Origin: Dissulfurispiraceae bacterium
GTDB taxonomy: Bacteria > Nitrospirota > Thermodesulfovibrionia > Thermodesulfovibrionales > Dissulfurispiraceae
Direction of reading: 5' to 3'
DNA: 64,000 nucleotides
NCBI GenBank assembly: GCA_036781645.1
Contig: DAIQAO010000003.1
Coordinates: 2,865-66,864 of the forward strand
The notes beneath the pieces were generated by a model. That model was not told the DNA's origin. It worked only from the letters and a program-made list of their open reading frames with translations, and made no database searches. Positions 23,759 through 33,199 of this stretch are shown here, piece by piece (position 1 is the first letter of the stretch; each line of letters opens with the position of its first letter). A program made the translations under genes and the position numbers.

Positions 23759-24532
23759 ATGCACCCCGTTTTATTCAAGATAGGTCCTCTGGAGATAAGA
23801 TTTTACGGTTTAATGTATCTGCTCGCAATACTTTTGAGCATTTACCTTGTCACAAAAGATGCTCAAAGGAAAGGTATTCCTTTAACTAAAGACGACATAA
23901 TTAATCTCGTTTTTGTGGCTGTCCTTGCTGGTCTTATAGGCGCAAGGGCATATTACGTTATTTTCAACTGGGAATATTATGGCGCCAATTTAAAAGAAAT
24001 TCCCGCCATCTGGCGTGGTGGATTAGCAAGTCATGGAGGTTTCATAGCTGGATGCATTGCCGTATTAATTGCCTTAAGGCGCTATAAAATCCCTGTTTTG
24101 AAATTCGGGGATACTGTTGTTCCCCTCGTGATACTCGGTGAAGCCTTTGTAAGATTTGGAAATTTTATGAACGGTGAGGCTCACGGAATGCCCACGAATT
24201 TGCCATGGGGGATAGTCTTTCCGAGAGGAAGTCCTGCCGGAGATGAATTTCCCAATATTCCCGTTCACCCTACAATGCTGTATCAGCTTTTTTACAATCT
24301 TGCAGTTTTTTTAATTGTATGGTTTGGGCTGAGGACAAGGCATTTCAGGGACGGTTTTATCATTGCCGTAACTGTAATACTATACTCGATCGGGAGGTTT
24401 TTCATAGAGGGCTTGAGGGCAGACAGCCTTTATATTGGCGGTTTAAGAACTGCTCAGGTAATGAGTATTCTGCTCACGTTGGCTATGGGCTATTTGATAA
24501 TTGCAAAACAACTCTGGAGACGCGGAAGATGA
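23759..24532 (+). CDS. lgt: prolipoprotein diacylglyceryl transferase
   Basis: PIRFYGLMY, GGLASHGG and HPTMLYQ motifs. 257 aa. Confidence 0.93.
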   Translation: MHPVLFKIGPLEIRFYGLMYLLAILLSIYLVTKDAQRKGIPLTKDDIINLVFVAVLAGLIGARAYYVIFNWEYYGANLKEIPAIWRGGLASHGGFIAGCIAVLIALRRYKIPVLKFGDTVVPLVILGEAFVRFGNFMNGEAHGMPTNLPWGIVFPRGSPAGDEFPNIPVHPTMLYQLFYNLAVFLIVWFGLRTRHFRDGFIIAVTVILYSIGRFFIEGLRADSLYIGGLRTAQVMSILLTLAMGYLIIAKQLWRRGR

Positions 24533-25713
24533 GTCTTGAAGCTCCTAAGGGATTTCTTTTCTCAACGGCAGAGGCTGCCATTAAGAAACCTGGAAGAAAA
24601 GACATTGCCCTGATATATTCTGAAACCCCTTGCGTCATGGCGGGTATGTTTACCACAAATAAAATAAAAGCAGCGCCTGTCAGACTGGATATGCAAAGGA
24701 TAAAGAGAGGCATTGGGCGTGCTGTCATTGTCAACAGTGGCAATGCAAATGCCTGTAACGGCAGCCAGGGCATGGATGATGCGTTTGAGATGAGCGAGAC
24801 CATTGGGAATCTCCTTAAGGTAAAGAAAGAACATATATTCATCTGCTCAACGGGGGTTATTGGCGCACCGATGCCGATGGATAGAATCCGTCCGAAACTA
24901 CCGCTGTTGGTTAAAAATCTTGGCAAATCATCGCTTGGCGATGTTGCTTCTGCAATTATGACCACTGACACTTTCCCCAAGATTGCTTATAGAAAGATAA
25001 CATGTGGGGAAAAAGAGATTGTTATTTCTGCTATATGTAAAGGCGCCGGAATGATATCCCCGAATATGGCAACAATGCTTTGTTTCATCATCACAGATGC
25101 TAATATTGAGAGAGCCGCCCTCGATGCTTCTTTAAGGTCTGCAGTCTCCCAGTCCTTTAACAGGATAACTATCGACGGCGATATGTCAACGAACGATACT
25201 GTTCTTATTATGGCTAATGGGACGGCCAGCAATAACATTATAAAAAAGGGGACAAAAGATTACAGAATATTTTCCGAAGCCCTTTCAGATATTACTTTTG
25301 AATTGAGCAGGCTTATTGTTAAGGATGCTGAAGGGGCGAGCAAGCTGGTCGAGATAGAGATAATCAATGCAAAAAGCTCCTCTGACGCCTTTAAGGCTGC
25401 TTTTGCTATAGCCAATTCACTGCTCGTAAAAACGGCTATTTATGGCAATGACGCTAATTGGGGGAGGTTAATGGCAGCCCTGGGATATTCAGGGGCAATG
25501 ATAAAAGAGGAGTTTGTGGATATTTATCTCAATGACCTCAAAGTAGCACAAGGCGGCATAACAACAGGCAGTGACATGGAGGCTAATGAAAAATTAAGAG
25601 ACAGGGAAATAAAGATATTAATTGATTTAAATCTTGGCAGAGGCTCAGCAAGGGTATTAACCTGTGATCTCACTGAAGATTATGTAAGGATAAATGCTGA
25701 ATATAGAACTTAA
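24529..25713 (+). CDS. argJ: bifunctional glutamate N-acetyltransferase / amino-acid acetyltransferase
   Basis: The start is taken at the internal ATG (MSLEAPKGFLFSTAEAAIKKPGRKD), overlapping the lgt stop as ATGA. Autoprocessing site region MATML and C-terminal YVRINAEYRT. Confidence 0.92.
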   Translation: MSLEAPKGFLFSTAEAAIKKPGRKDIALIYSETPCVMAGMFTTNKIKAAPVRLDMQRIKRGIGRAVIVNSGNANACNGSQGMDDAFEMSETIGNLLKVKKEHIFICSTGVIGAPMPMDRIRPKLPLLVKNLGKSSLGDVASAIMTTDTFPKIAYRKITCGEKEIVISAICKGAGMISPNMATMLCFIITDANIERAALDASLRSAVSQSFNRITIDGDMSTNDTVLIMANGTASNNIIKKGTKDYRIFSEALSDITFELSRLIVKDAEGASKLVEIEIINAKSSSDAFKAAFAIANSLLVKTAIYGNDANWGRLMAALGYSGAMIKEEFVDIYLNDLKVAQGGITTGSDMEANEKLRDREIKILIDLNLGRGSARVLTCDLTEDYVRINAEYRT

Positions 25714-25732
25714 AAACAGTAGAGGACAAATT

Positions 25733-26071
25733 ATGAAAATATTTGATGTCAAAAATATGGCTGTTGATGCGAAATTCGGGGAGTATATCGTTGGCTATAA
25801 GGAGACAGGCAGCCATGCCTGTTATTTGATTTATGGGATTTTGAAGCCGGGTGAAAAAGACAGGCTTGTTAAGCCGGGTAAGGGGCATGAGGAGATAATC
25901 CTTGCTATGTAGGGAGATTTGGAGGTCTTCGGCAATTACACTGGAAGGCTGAAAGAAGGCTATGCAATACATATAGTAGGTGATAATGAATGCATTCTGG
26001 AAAATGCCGGCAGTAAGGATGCTGTTTATAATATAATATGCGGGGGTCATTCAGCAGGCGGACATCATTAA
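25733..26071 (+). pseudogene. small cupin-fold protein gene interrupted by an in-frame TAG (25910-25912)
   Basis: MKIFDVKNM...GKGHEEIILAM then TAG. The same frame continues GDLEVFGNYTGRLKEGYAIHIVGDNECILENAG...HH to TAA at 26069-26071. Together these give cupin motif-1 and motif-2-like strands. Confidence 0.55.
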
Positions 26072-26166
26072 TGGTGGATAGTGATATAGTATCGAGAGAG
26101 AAGCCGAAAATACAAGTGAGTTTGTTAGCATATTGACTGAAAGGTTATCAATACTTGCGGCAAAGT

Positions 26167-26345
26167 CCGAAAAATAGAGATAAAACGGTGAACCCTTTTA
26201 TTTATCCATCATTGCGAGCCCCCAAGAGGGTGTGGAGCAATCCCTTATAAAAAAGACGAGATTGCTTTCCCTTCGGATAAGCTCAGGACTGGCTCTTTCG
26301 CTTCGCTCTGGGTCGTAATGACAGTTTTCTATGTCTATTTTTCGG
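26167..26345. repeat. palindromic intergenic element, copy B (family 1)
   Basis: Termini CCGAAAAATAGAGATAAAAC / GTTTTCTATGTCTATTTTTCGG. The interior has CATCATTGCGAGCC...GGAGCAATC...GATTGCTTTCC...GGGTCGTAATGAC. Confidence 0.7.
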
Positions 26346-26442
26346 GCGCTTGCAATTCATTTATTTTTAGAGATAAATCGTGTATCATTATGAAATTTGT
26401 TTCTTATGTAATTCAGCAAATTAAAATAAACGGAGGGATTTT

Positions 26443-26664
26443 ATGGAAGTTGTAAAGGCTCTTGAAGAAAAGGTTTCCTTTATTGTAGAAAAGGTCAAGG
26501 CACTTAGGGAAGAAAAGGCAAATCTCGAGAACAGGGTGAGCCAGCTTGAAGATACCGTAAGGATGAAAGAAAGGGAGATAGAACAATTAAAAGATGAGAA
26601 GGCGGCGGTTAAGGGTCAGATAGAGGAACTTTTAAAAGAACTCGATTCTATGGAATTAAGGTAA
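26443..26664 (+). CDS. coiled-coil protein, ZapB-like cell-division factor
   Basis: 73-aa all-heptad coiled coil directly upstream of zapA. Confidence 0.45.
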   Translation: MEVVKALEEKVSFIVEKVKALREEKANLENRVSQLEDTVRMKEREIEQLKDEKAAVKGQIEELLKELDSMELR

Positions 26665-26671
26665 TGCAGGG

Positions 26672-26950
26672 ATGGGCAGTGTTGATGTATATATTTTAGG
26701 GCAGAAATATGTTATCAAAGGTGAGGAGTCGCCTCAGTATATTGAACAGTTAGCCAGTTTTGTGGATGCTAAACTCAAGGAAGTCTGTTCTACCACGCCG
26801 AATATTACTCCTCTAAAAGCCGCCATACTGACCTCATTAAATATAGCAGATGAACTGCATAAACTTAAAAATGAATATAGTTCTGTCACTGCCAATATCA
26901 AAAATATTGATAACAAAACTGATGCTATTTTAGGGCTTTTTGACTCATGA
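26672..26950 (+). CDS. zapA: cell division protein ZapA
   Basis: VDVYILGQKYVIKGEE...LKAAILTSLNIADEL pattern typical of ZapA. 92 aa. Confidence 0.8.
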   Translation: MGSVDVYILGQKYVIKGEESPQYIEQLASFVDAKLKEVCSTTPNITPLKAAILTSLNIADELHKLKNEYSSVTANIKNIDNKTDAILGLFDS

Positions 26951-27015
26951 TCTTTTTGGCTATTAAAGCTCCATTTTGAATAAATCGTTTAGTGTAGCAG
27001 AAAGGATAACTGGGA

Positions 27016-27390
27016 ATGCATGAAATAACTATTTCCATAGGTAGCTTCACGCTCAGGGCTCAACTATTTGATACCGCCTGCTCAAGGGCAATAGTTGCTA
27101 AACTTCCTATTGAAGCCGTTCCTGAGGAATGGGGTGATGAATTTTATTTTGAGATTCCTGTGACCTTCCCCCTCGATGAAACATCAACAATCTCTGTCAA
27201 AGTTGGTGATATCGGTTATTGGCCCCCAGGCAGGGCGCTTGCTATCTTTTTTGGCCCCACACCTATGAGCAAAGACGATAACCCTGTTCCCGCAAGCGAG
27301 GTGAATCTCGTGGGTAAAATTGTTGACGATGCAACAGTCTTGAGAAAGGCAAAGGGGTCAAAAAAAATTTTAATTGAGGCTGGGCGATAG
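27016..27390 (+). CDS. cyclophilin-like fold protein (TM1367-like family)
   Basis: ...WGDEFYFEIP...GDIGYWPPGRALAIFFGPTP... This pattern is characteristic of the Cyclophil_like family. Confidence 0.6.
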   Translation: MHEITISIGSFTLRAQLFDTACSRAIVAKLPIEAVPEEWGDEFYFEIPVTFPLDETSTISVKVGDIGYWPPGRALAIFFGPTPMSKDDNPVPASEVNLVGKIVDDATVLRKAKGSKKILIEAGR

Positions 27391-27463
27391 TCTCAAAATC
27401 TCAATAGTTTTAATTTAAGTTAAGGAAGTAATAATACCATGAAAATTCAATGGGAGATTACAA

Positions 27464-28729
27464 ATGCTTGATTCAAGATTTGTGAGAGATAATATTGATT
27501 TGCTTAAAGAAGCCCTTGTAAAAAGGGGTTATGACGTCGACCTGTCAGATTTTATAAATCTTGAAAAAGAAAGACTCAAGCTGCTTAGAGAATCTGAAGA
27601 ACTCAGAAATAAAAGGAATGTTGTCTCTGAAGAAATAGCAAAAATGAAGCGACAGAAGCTCGATGCGCAGTCCTTAATAGCAGAGATGAAAATTGTCTCT
27701 GACAGGATAAAGAGTCTGGAAGAAAGCCTCATAAAAATGGAAGAGAAGAACTTTTTTTTCCTTCTTAATCTGCCTAATATCCCTCATCATACGGTTCCTC
27801 AAGGAAAAGACGAGACTGAAAATAAAGAGATAATGAGGTGGGGCGAGATCAGAGAGTTTGATTTTACTCCATTGAACCACTGGGACATCGGAGAGGCTCT
27901 CGATATCATAGATTTTGAAAGGGGTGGCAAGATTGCAGGTTCAAGATTTTCAGTCCTGAAGGGGCAGGGCGCGAGACTCGAAAGGGCGCTCATGAATTTC
28001 ATGCTCGACCTTAATACATCTAAGGGATACAAGGAAATATTTCCGCCGCTTATGGTCAACAGAGATACCATGATAGGCACAGGGCAACTGCCTAAATTTG
28101 AGGCTGAGCTTTTCAGGATTGCCGATCCCGAATACTTTTTAATCCCCACCGCTGAGGTGCCTGTGACGAATCTTCACAGGCAAGAGATTTTGAGAGAAGA
28201 CCAGTTGCCCATTTATTATACAGCATATACACCCTGTTTCAGGAGAGAAGCGGGCTCTTATGGCAAGGATGTAAGAGGGCTTATACGGCAGCATCAGTTT
28301 AATAAGGTGGAACTTGTTAAGTTTACTAAGCCTGAAAATTCTTACGATGAACTCGAAAAGCTCACCGCAGATGTCGAAGACATTCTTCAAAGACTCAAAT
28401 TGCCATACAGAAAGATTGTTCTCTGCACAGGAGATATGAGCTTTTCATCTGCAAAAACATACGATCTGGAGGTCTGGCTCCCGGGCCAGCAAAGATACAG
28501 GGAAATTTCATCCTGCTCAAATTTTGAGGACTTTCAATCCAGAAGGGCTAATATCAGATTCAAAAGAGAGGGCAAAAAAGGAACTGAGTTTGTCCACACC
28601 CTTAATGGTTCGGGGCTCGCCTTAGGAAGGACTCTCGTGGCTGTCCTTGAAAACTATCAACAAAAAGACGGAACAGTTCTTGTGCCAGAAGCCTTGATAC
28701 CATATATGAACGCCGAAATAATCAAATGA
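27464..28729 (+). CDS. serS: serine--tRNA ligase
   Basis: N-terminal coiled-coil arm and class II motifs (FRREAGS, GSGLA...[11 protein letters not shown]). Confidence 0.97.
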   Translation: MLDSRFVRDNIDLLKEALVKRGYDVDLSDFINLEKERLKLLRESEELRNKRNVVSEEIAKMKRQKLDAQSLIAEMKIVSDRIKSLEESLIKMEEKNFFFLLNLPNIPHHTVPQGKDETENKEIMRWGEIREFDFTPLNHWDIGEALDIIDFERGGKIAGSRFSVLKGQGARLERALMNFMLDLNTSKGYKEIFPPLMVNRDTMIGTGQLPKFEAELFRIADPEYFLIPTAEVPVTNLHRQEILREDQLPIYYTAYTPCFRREAGSYGKDVRGLIRQHQFNKVELVKFTKPENSYDELEKLTADVEDILQRLKLPYRKIVLCTGDMSFSSAKTYDLEVWLPGQQRYREISSCSNFEDFQSRRANIRFKREGKKGTEFVHTLNGSGLALGRTLVAVLENYQQKDGTVLVPEALIPYMNAEIIK

Positions 28730-29520
28730 TAAAAGCAGGTTTTTACCAAACGAATCCCATTTTTGGCGACAAAGACTATAATATTAATAAAACACTTACC
28801 ACCATTAAATCAACCGAAGCCGACCTTATTGTCCTCCCCGAATTTTTTGCCACAGGATATCAGTTTGCCTCAATGGATGAAGTTGAAGCATTGTCAGAGC
28901 CAATACCTGATGGGGAAACGACGCGTGAAATTATAAAGTTATCGGCAGAAAAAAGGGTGTTTATCGTTGCGGGCATTCCTGAGAAAAAAGGTGATAAGTA
29001 TTACAATTCAGCTATTTTTATAGGCCCTACTGGTTTAATAGGTATATACCGCAAGGCACACCTTTTTTTTGAAGAAAAGCTTTTTTTTACCCCTGGAGAC
29101 ACTGGGTTTAAGGTCTGGGATACAGAAATTGGGAAAGTCGGCATAATGATTTGTTTTGACTGGTTCTTCCCCGAATCTGTGAGAACATTAGCCCTAAAAG
29201 GCGCTGAATTGATTGTCCATCCATCAAATCTCATACTTCCCTACTGTCCGCATGTTATGCCATACAGATGCCTTGAAAATAGGGTTTTTACGATTACAGC
29301 CAACAGAATTGGTTTTGAAAGCAGGAAAAGCGGCCAGACACTAAGATTTATAGGCATGAGCCAGATTATTTCCCCGTTGGGTGAGATTTTAGCAAGGGCA
29401 TCTGATGATCAGGAGGAGTTAATCACGGTTGAAATAAATCCAGAATTAGCACGAAATAAGTCAATAAATCCTTACAATGACTTATTTAAAGACAGAAGAC
29501 CAGAGATGTATGTTATCTAA
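28726..29520 (+). CDS. carbon-nitrogen hydrolase (nitrilase superfamily)
   Basis: Glu (LPEFF), Lys (YRKAHLF) and Cys (GIMICFD) catalytic-triad blocks. Confidence 0.85.
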   Translation: MIKAGFYQTNPIFGDKDYNINKTLTTIKSTEADLIVLPEFFATGYQFASMDEVEALSEPIPDGETTREIIKLSAEKRVFIVAGIPEKKGDKYYNSAIFIGPTGLIGIYRKAHLFFEEKLFFTPGDTGFKVWDTEIGKVGIMICFDWFFPESVRTLALKGAELIVHPSNLILPYCPHVMPYRCLENRVFTITANRIGFESRKSGQTLRFIGMSQIISPLGEILARASDDQEELITVEINPELARNKSINPYNDLFKDRRPEMYVI

Positions 29521-29543
29521 TATTTAAATAAACAAATATCTAA

Positions 29544-30044
29544 ATGCAGGATGAAATACTCGAGATAGTCGATATCGAAGGCAAAACCATAAGTATAGCG
29601 CCGCGACTTCAGCTTCATAGCCAGACATATCTTTTACACAAGGTTGTCCATGTCCTTGTTTTTAATACTGAAGGAGAGCTCTTGCTACAGAAGCGCTCTA
29701 AAAATAAAGACATCTTCCCCGGCAAATGGGATACCTCGGTAGGCGGACATGTTCTGCCTGGTGAAAATATTTTAGATGCTGCCAAAAGAGAGACTAAAGA
29801 AGAACTTGGATTCATGCCTGAAGAAATCCACTTTTTATATTCCCATATTTTTTCAGGAAGCCTTGAGAGGGAATTTGTTTATACATTCTCAACAACCTTG
29901 AAAGAGAATTGCGAGTTTAACAAAGAGGAGATAGAGGAGATTAGATTCTGGAAGTTTCAAGAGATGCAAAGTCTTATAGGCAGCGGCGTTTTCACCGAGA
30001 ATTTAGAATCTGAGCTTCAGCAATATTTGAAAAGATTTGAATGA
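29544..30044 (+). CDS. NUDIX hydrolase
   Basis: Nudix box GGHVLPGENILDAAKRETKEELG. Confidence 0.85.
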   Translation: MQDEILEIVDIEGKTISIAPRLQLHSQTYLLHKVVHVLVFNTEGELLLQKRSKNKDIFPGKWDTSVGGHVLPGENILDAAKRETKEELGFMPEEIHFLYSHIFSGSLEREFVYTFSTTLKENCEFNKEEIEEIRFWKFQEMQSLIGSGVFTENLESELQQYLKRFE

Positions 30045-30058
30045 CCAATGGAAAAACA

Positions 30059-30132
30059 TGCCCCCTGCAGGAGTCGAACCTGCGGCACCAGGTTTAGGAA
30101 ACCTGTGCTCTATCCTACTGAGCTAAGGGGGC
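30059..30132 (-). tRNA. tRNA-Arg (anticodon CCT)
   Basis: The reverse complement folds as a cloverleaf: acceptor GCCCCCT/AGGGGGC, D arm GCTC/GAGC, anticodon stem CAGGT/ACCTG with loop TTCCTAA, T arm GCAGG-TTCGACT-CCTGC. CCA is not encoded. Confidence 0.9.
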
Positions 30133-30147
30133 TCGAGCTTAAAGAAT

Positions 30148-30156
30148 ATTATATCA
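30148..30156 (-). promoter_or_regulatory. extended -10 promoter element TGATATAAT for tRNA-Arg
   Basis: The minus strand reads TGATATAAT, ending 15 nt upstream of the mature tRNA 5' end. The -35 region is weak. Confidence 0.45.
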
Positions 30157-30189
30157 TAGAACATCTCAGAAACTAAAAGGCAACTATAA

Positions 30190-30368
30190 CCCTAAATCGG
30201 CGATAGAAAAAACATTGGAAACAACTAATTTGACAAGAGGAATAGATTTGAGCGGCTTGCACCATCGTAGTGAGGGGTGATGGCGATCTCGGAGGAAGGC
30301 AAGGACGCCTTCCGAGAAGGAGCGAAAAACTGTTCCCTTTGTGAGAAAAAGGCTCTATCTCTTTTGGG
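30190..30368. repeat. palindromic intergenic element, divergent copy D (family 1)
   Basis: Termini CCCTAAATCGGCGATAGAAAAA / GGCTCTATCTCTTTTGGG. The interior has hairpins CCATC...GATGG and TCTCGGAGGAAGGC-AAGGA-GCCTTCCGAGA. Confidence 0.5.
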
Positions 30369-30520
30369 TAATAACTATAAATAAATCGTCTAAAGGTTTG
30401 TTGGAATCTCATAAAAAGCGATTTAGCTACAGTCATATGTATCAATAGTGGATAGCTATATTTTAAGGGATTTTGTTAATTTTAAAGAAGGAAGACTTTA
30501 ATTTATAAATTGTTTGTCTT

Positions 30521-31426
30521 ATGATTTCCGTTGTAATTCTTACAAAAAATCCAGGTAGAAGAATTGAGGAAGTGCTCACTTCAGTTTTTATGCAAAAAGT
30601 TGAGGATAAAATTGAAGTGATTGTGATTGATTCGGGATCGACAGACAACTCTCTCGACATTGTAAATAAATTTGATGTGCGGTTAATCAAGATTAATCCC
30701 AAAGATTTTGGGCATGGCAGAACGAGAAACTATGCAGTGAGTTTATGTAAGGGTAATTATATTGTGATGCTCGTGCAGGATGCTATACCTGTTGATGAGA
30801 ATTGGCTTTCGGAGCTTGTTAAACCTCTAAAAAAGAGTGCGAATATCGCTGGGGTATATAGCAGGCAAATTCCCTATAAAGAGGCAAAAATTATGGAAAA
30901 ATCATTCTTATCCTATAAATACCCTGATAAAGAGGCAACAAGAAATAAGAAAAATATTCTAAATATTAAGGATGTCTTTTTCTCGAACGTCAGTTCTTCT
31001 ATGAGAAAGGATTTATTGATGGCTTTTAAATTTGATGAAAACCTTATCATGAGCGAAGATCAGCAATGGGCTAAAACCGTAATTGAAAATGGCTACAACG
31101 TTTTTTATAACCCGAAATCTGTTGTATATCATTCCCATAACTATTCATTAACAACTGTTTTTAAACGTTTCTTTGATTCAGGGGTAGCCTTGAAGAATTT
31201 GGAGCTTATAAATGCTGGAAACTATAAGGATGGTTTGGCTTATTTGTGTTATGAAATGAGATATTGTTTGAAAACTTCGGGGGTTGTTAACTTTTCCATA
31301 TATCTTCCATATCTTACATTGTATGAATTAATGAGGATTTCGGGTTTTGTTTTGGGACAGAATTATAAAAAGTTGCCAAGGTTTCTTTTGAAGAAATTTT
31401 CTTTTCATAAATATTATTGGGATTAG
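30521..31426 (+). CDS. family 2 glycosyltransferase
   Basis: ISVVILTKN...VIDSGSTD...GHGRTRN...MSEDQQW (DxD/ED motifs of the GT-A fold). Confidence 0.85.
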   Translation: MISVVILTKNPGRRIEEVLTSVFMQKVEDKIEVIVIDSGSTDNSLDIVNKFDVRLIKINPKDFGHGRTRNYAVSLCKGNYIVMLVQDAIPVDENWLSELVKPLKKSANIAGVYSRQIPYKEAKIMEKSFLSYKYPDKEATRNKKNILNIKDVFFSNVSSSMRKDLLMAFKFDENLIMSEDQQWAKTVIENGYNVFYNPKSVVYHSHNYSLTTVFKRFFDSGVALKNLELINAGNYKDGLAYLCYEMRYCLKTSGVVNFSIYLPYLTLYELMRISGFVLGQNYKKLPRFLLKKFSFHKYYWD

Positions 31427-31525
31427 ACCGAGAATAATAGGCTACTCGAGTTTAAATAGTAACGACTTTATTAAAATAAAATGTTTTGGATTAGCATTTA
31501 GGGTTTTATAAAATTTCACAGGTTT

Positions 31526-31661
31526 CCAAAATAATATTCAAGCAGGGATATGACACGATTTCTTTGCCCAAGAACTACCTTCTCACATATGTAAGCCTTT
31601 GAGAGACTTCCTATTAGTTTTATTGATTTTGTATAACCTTTTGGTTCTATCGCCGATTTCG
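31526..31661. repeat. repeat element E: a 55-bp family-2 repeat (31528-31582) plus a family-1 right terminus (31643-31661)
   Basis: AAATAATATTCAAGCAGG..ACGATTTCTTTGCCCAAGAACTAxCTTC is near-identical to 50906-50960. GGTTCTATCGCCGATTTCG matches the family-1 terminus. Confidence 0.5.
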
Positions 31662-31716
31662 AAACTTAGAAGTGACTTGACACTATCCCTCAAAATAGGT
31701 TATTTTTCGGTAACTT

Positions 31717-31788
31717 GGGCGATTAGCTCAGTGGGAGAGCGCTTCCTTCACACGGAAGAGGTCGCAGGTTCAATCCCTGCATCGCCTA
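31717..31788 (+). tRNA. tRNA-Val (anticodon CAC)
   Basis: Acceptor GGGCGAT/ATCGCCT (G1:U72), D arm GCTC/GAGC, anticodon stem CTTCC/GGAAG with loop TTCACAC, T arm GCAGG-TTCAATC-CCTGC. CCA is not encoded. Confidence 0.9.
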
Positions 31789-31907
31789 CTTTATTTTGGA
31801 TAAAATCACCAGTTTGCTATTAAAGGTTTATATGGCAACCTTTGCTGTTAGAATTTTTAGCGGATATTACTTAAACTGTAATTAAACAAAATAAGGAGAA
31901 CAGTTAC

Positions 31908-32180
31908 ATGAAAAAGGCTTTTTGTATTTACCTTTGTTTAAGCCTTGCGCTTTTTATTACTTTTCCAGCGTATTCCCAGACAAAAGATGCTGACAATAAG
32001 TCTCTTTTTGAGAAAAAATGCAGTACCTGCCATAGTATTGATAGGCCTAAATCCAAGAAAAAGACCGAAGATGAATGGAAGAAAACAGTCATGAGAATGA
32101 AAAATGTTAATGGCGCCGCTATAACAGATGAAGAGGCTAAAAAAATTATTGATTATCTCTCTAAAACCTTACCTAAATAA
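31908..32180 (+). CDS. small secreted monoheme c-type cytochrome
   Basis: Signal peptide and a single CSTCH motif. 90 aa. GGAG SD. Confidence 0.75.
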   Translation: MKKAFCIYLCLSLALFITFPAYSQTKDADNKSLFEKKCSTCHSIDRPKSKKKTEDEWKKTVMRMKNVNGAAITDEEAKKIIDYLSKTLPK

Positions 32181-32185
32181 TTGCC

Positions 32186-32617
32186 GTGATTTCGATTAAG
32201 ATTTTAGTGGCTTTAATGATACTTTTTTTCTCTTTTGTTTCTCTTTTTACTATCCTCGAAATATTCGGAAGGGAAGATAGAAGACTTAGCATTGACAAAC
32301 TGAAGTCTTTTCATAAGATTTCGGGGAGGATGCTTTTTGTTTTAATTATTGTCAATGTGCTTTTAGGTATTTATATGCTAACAAAGTTAGCTACTGAGGG
32401 AATTAATTTTTCAGCCTTTGGAGTGATACACGCTATTTTAGCAACCGTAGTTTTAATAATCTTTTTTCTCAAGATTCTGTTCATCAAAAGATATAACAAA
32501 TTTTATAATCATGCAAAGGTTCTTGGAATTTTGTTAGTCTTTTTCACTATTTTCTTATTTTCCGTAAGCGGCGGCTACAAAATCATAAATAGATTGGGGT
32601 TATATTTTTATCAATAG
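32186..32617 (+). CDS. four-helix membrane protein, unknown function (several conserved-looking His residues)
   Basis: 143 aa, 4 hydrophobic helices, GTG start 5 nt after the cytochrome gene. Any b-haem role is speculation. Confidence 0.45.
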   Translation: MISIKILVALMILFFSFVSLFTILEIFGREDRRLSIDKLKSFHKISGRMLFVLIIVNVLLGIYMLTKLATEGINFSAFGVIHAILATVVLIIFFLKILFIKRYNKFYNHAKVLGILLVFFTIFLFSVSGGYKIINRLGLYFYQ

Positions 32618-33034
32618 TCAGTCATTGTAAAGTTGCCTTGAAAAGGCTATACGGTTTTCCGTTGTGACGAGTTCCTCCATCAAAGACATTACACTCTCGT
32701 TACTCTTTAATACAGGATAGTTTTCAATCAAGGCAAATAATCTTCCAAGAGCTTGAGTCAATAGGTTTTCTGCAGCAGCTTTTTCGTGAACGCTTGAAGC
32801 TGCCATCGCTTTTGCTCTCGCTAATGTAACAGCTTCAATGGTCTGCCTCTCAAAATCCATGTAGCCTCTTACCACAGTTACAAGATTAGGAATCAGGTCA
32901 TGCCTCCGCTTAAGCTGTATATCTATCTGCGACCATGCATTTCTAATATCTTTTAAGGCAATGAGCTGATTATAGACCCAGATCAACCACAAGATTGACA
33001 ACACTATAATACCTATGATGACCCAGCTAATCAT
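32618..33034 (-). CDS. LemA-family protein, apparently C-terminally truncated
   Basis: N-terminal TM plus YNQLIALKD...QLKRRHDLIPNLV...NRIAFSRQLYND. It stops where LemA proteins normally continue for about 40 more residues. Confidence 0.75.
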   Translation of the reverse strand: MISWVIIGIIVLSILWLIWVYNQLIALKDIRNAWSQIDIQLKRRHDLIPNLVTVVRGYMDFERQTIEAVTLARAKAMAASSVHEKAAAENLLTQALGRLFALIENYPVLKSNESVMSLMEELVTTENRIAFSRQLYND

Positions 33035-33199
33035 CGCTATTCAACCTTAATTTCACACACATAAATTATCAGAAACATTTTTATATAATTATATCTTAAT
33101 TCCAAAAATGAGGTTGGGAATTTCTTTTTTCATTTTCATTGTTTATAATAGTTTATAATTATTCAATAAAAACAAATCTTATAGAAAGGCTCGGCAAAA

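Noticed and set aside
24319-24528. A 70-codon N-terminal extension of argJ in the ORF track (464 aa).
   Set aside because: The extension lies entirely inside lgt in another frame and has no ArgJ-like sequence. The ArgJ homology begins at MSLEAPKGF (ATG 24529), which overlaps the lgt stop as ATGA.
25670-26050. A 126-aa minus-strand ORF spanning the cupin locus.
   Set aside because: Its composition is not protein-like (Ile/Phe/Asn-rich with no motifs). It is the mirror of a plus-strand frame that shows cupin motifs, so it is a typical shadow ORF.
30270-30330. A GGAGGAAGGCAAGGACGCC hairpin, considered as the SRP (4.5S) RNA domain IV.
   Set aside because: The resemblance to the conserved GGAAGGAAGCAGCCAAGG region is only loose. 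There is no flanking long helix of SRP RNA, and the segment is the interior of repeat copy D.
30173-30445. A 90-aa minus-strand ORF between tRNA-Arg and the glycosyltransferase gene.
   Set aside because: It lies on palindromic repeat copy D, has an Arg/Ser/Pro/Phe-rich low-complexity translation, and has no SD. I regard it as an artefact of the repeat.
31599-31823. A 74-aa plus-strand ORF.
   Set aside because: It reads straight through tRNA-Val (31717-31788) and its promoter region, so it is not a plausible protein gene.
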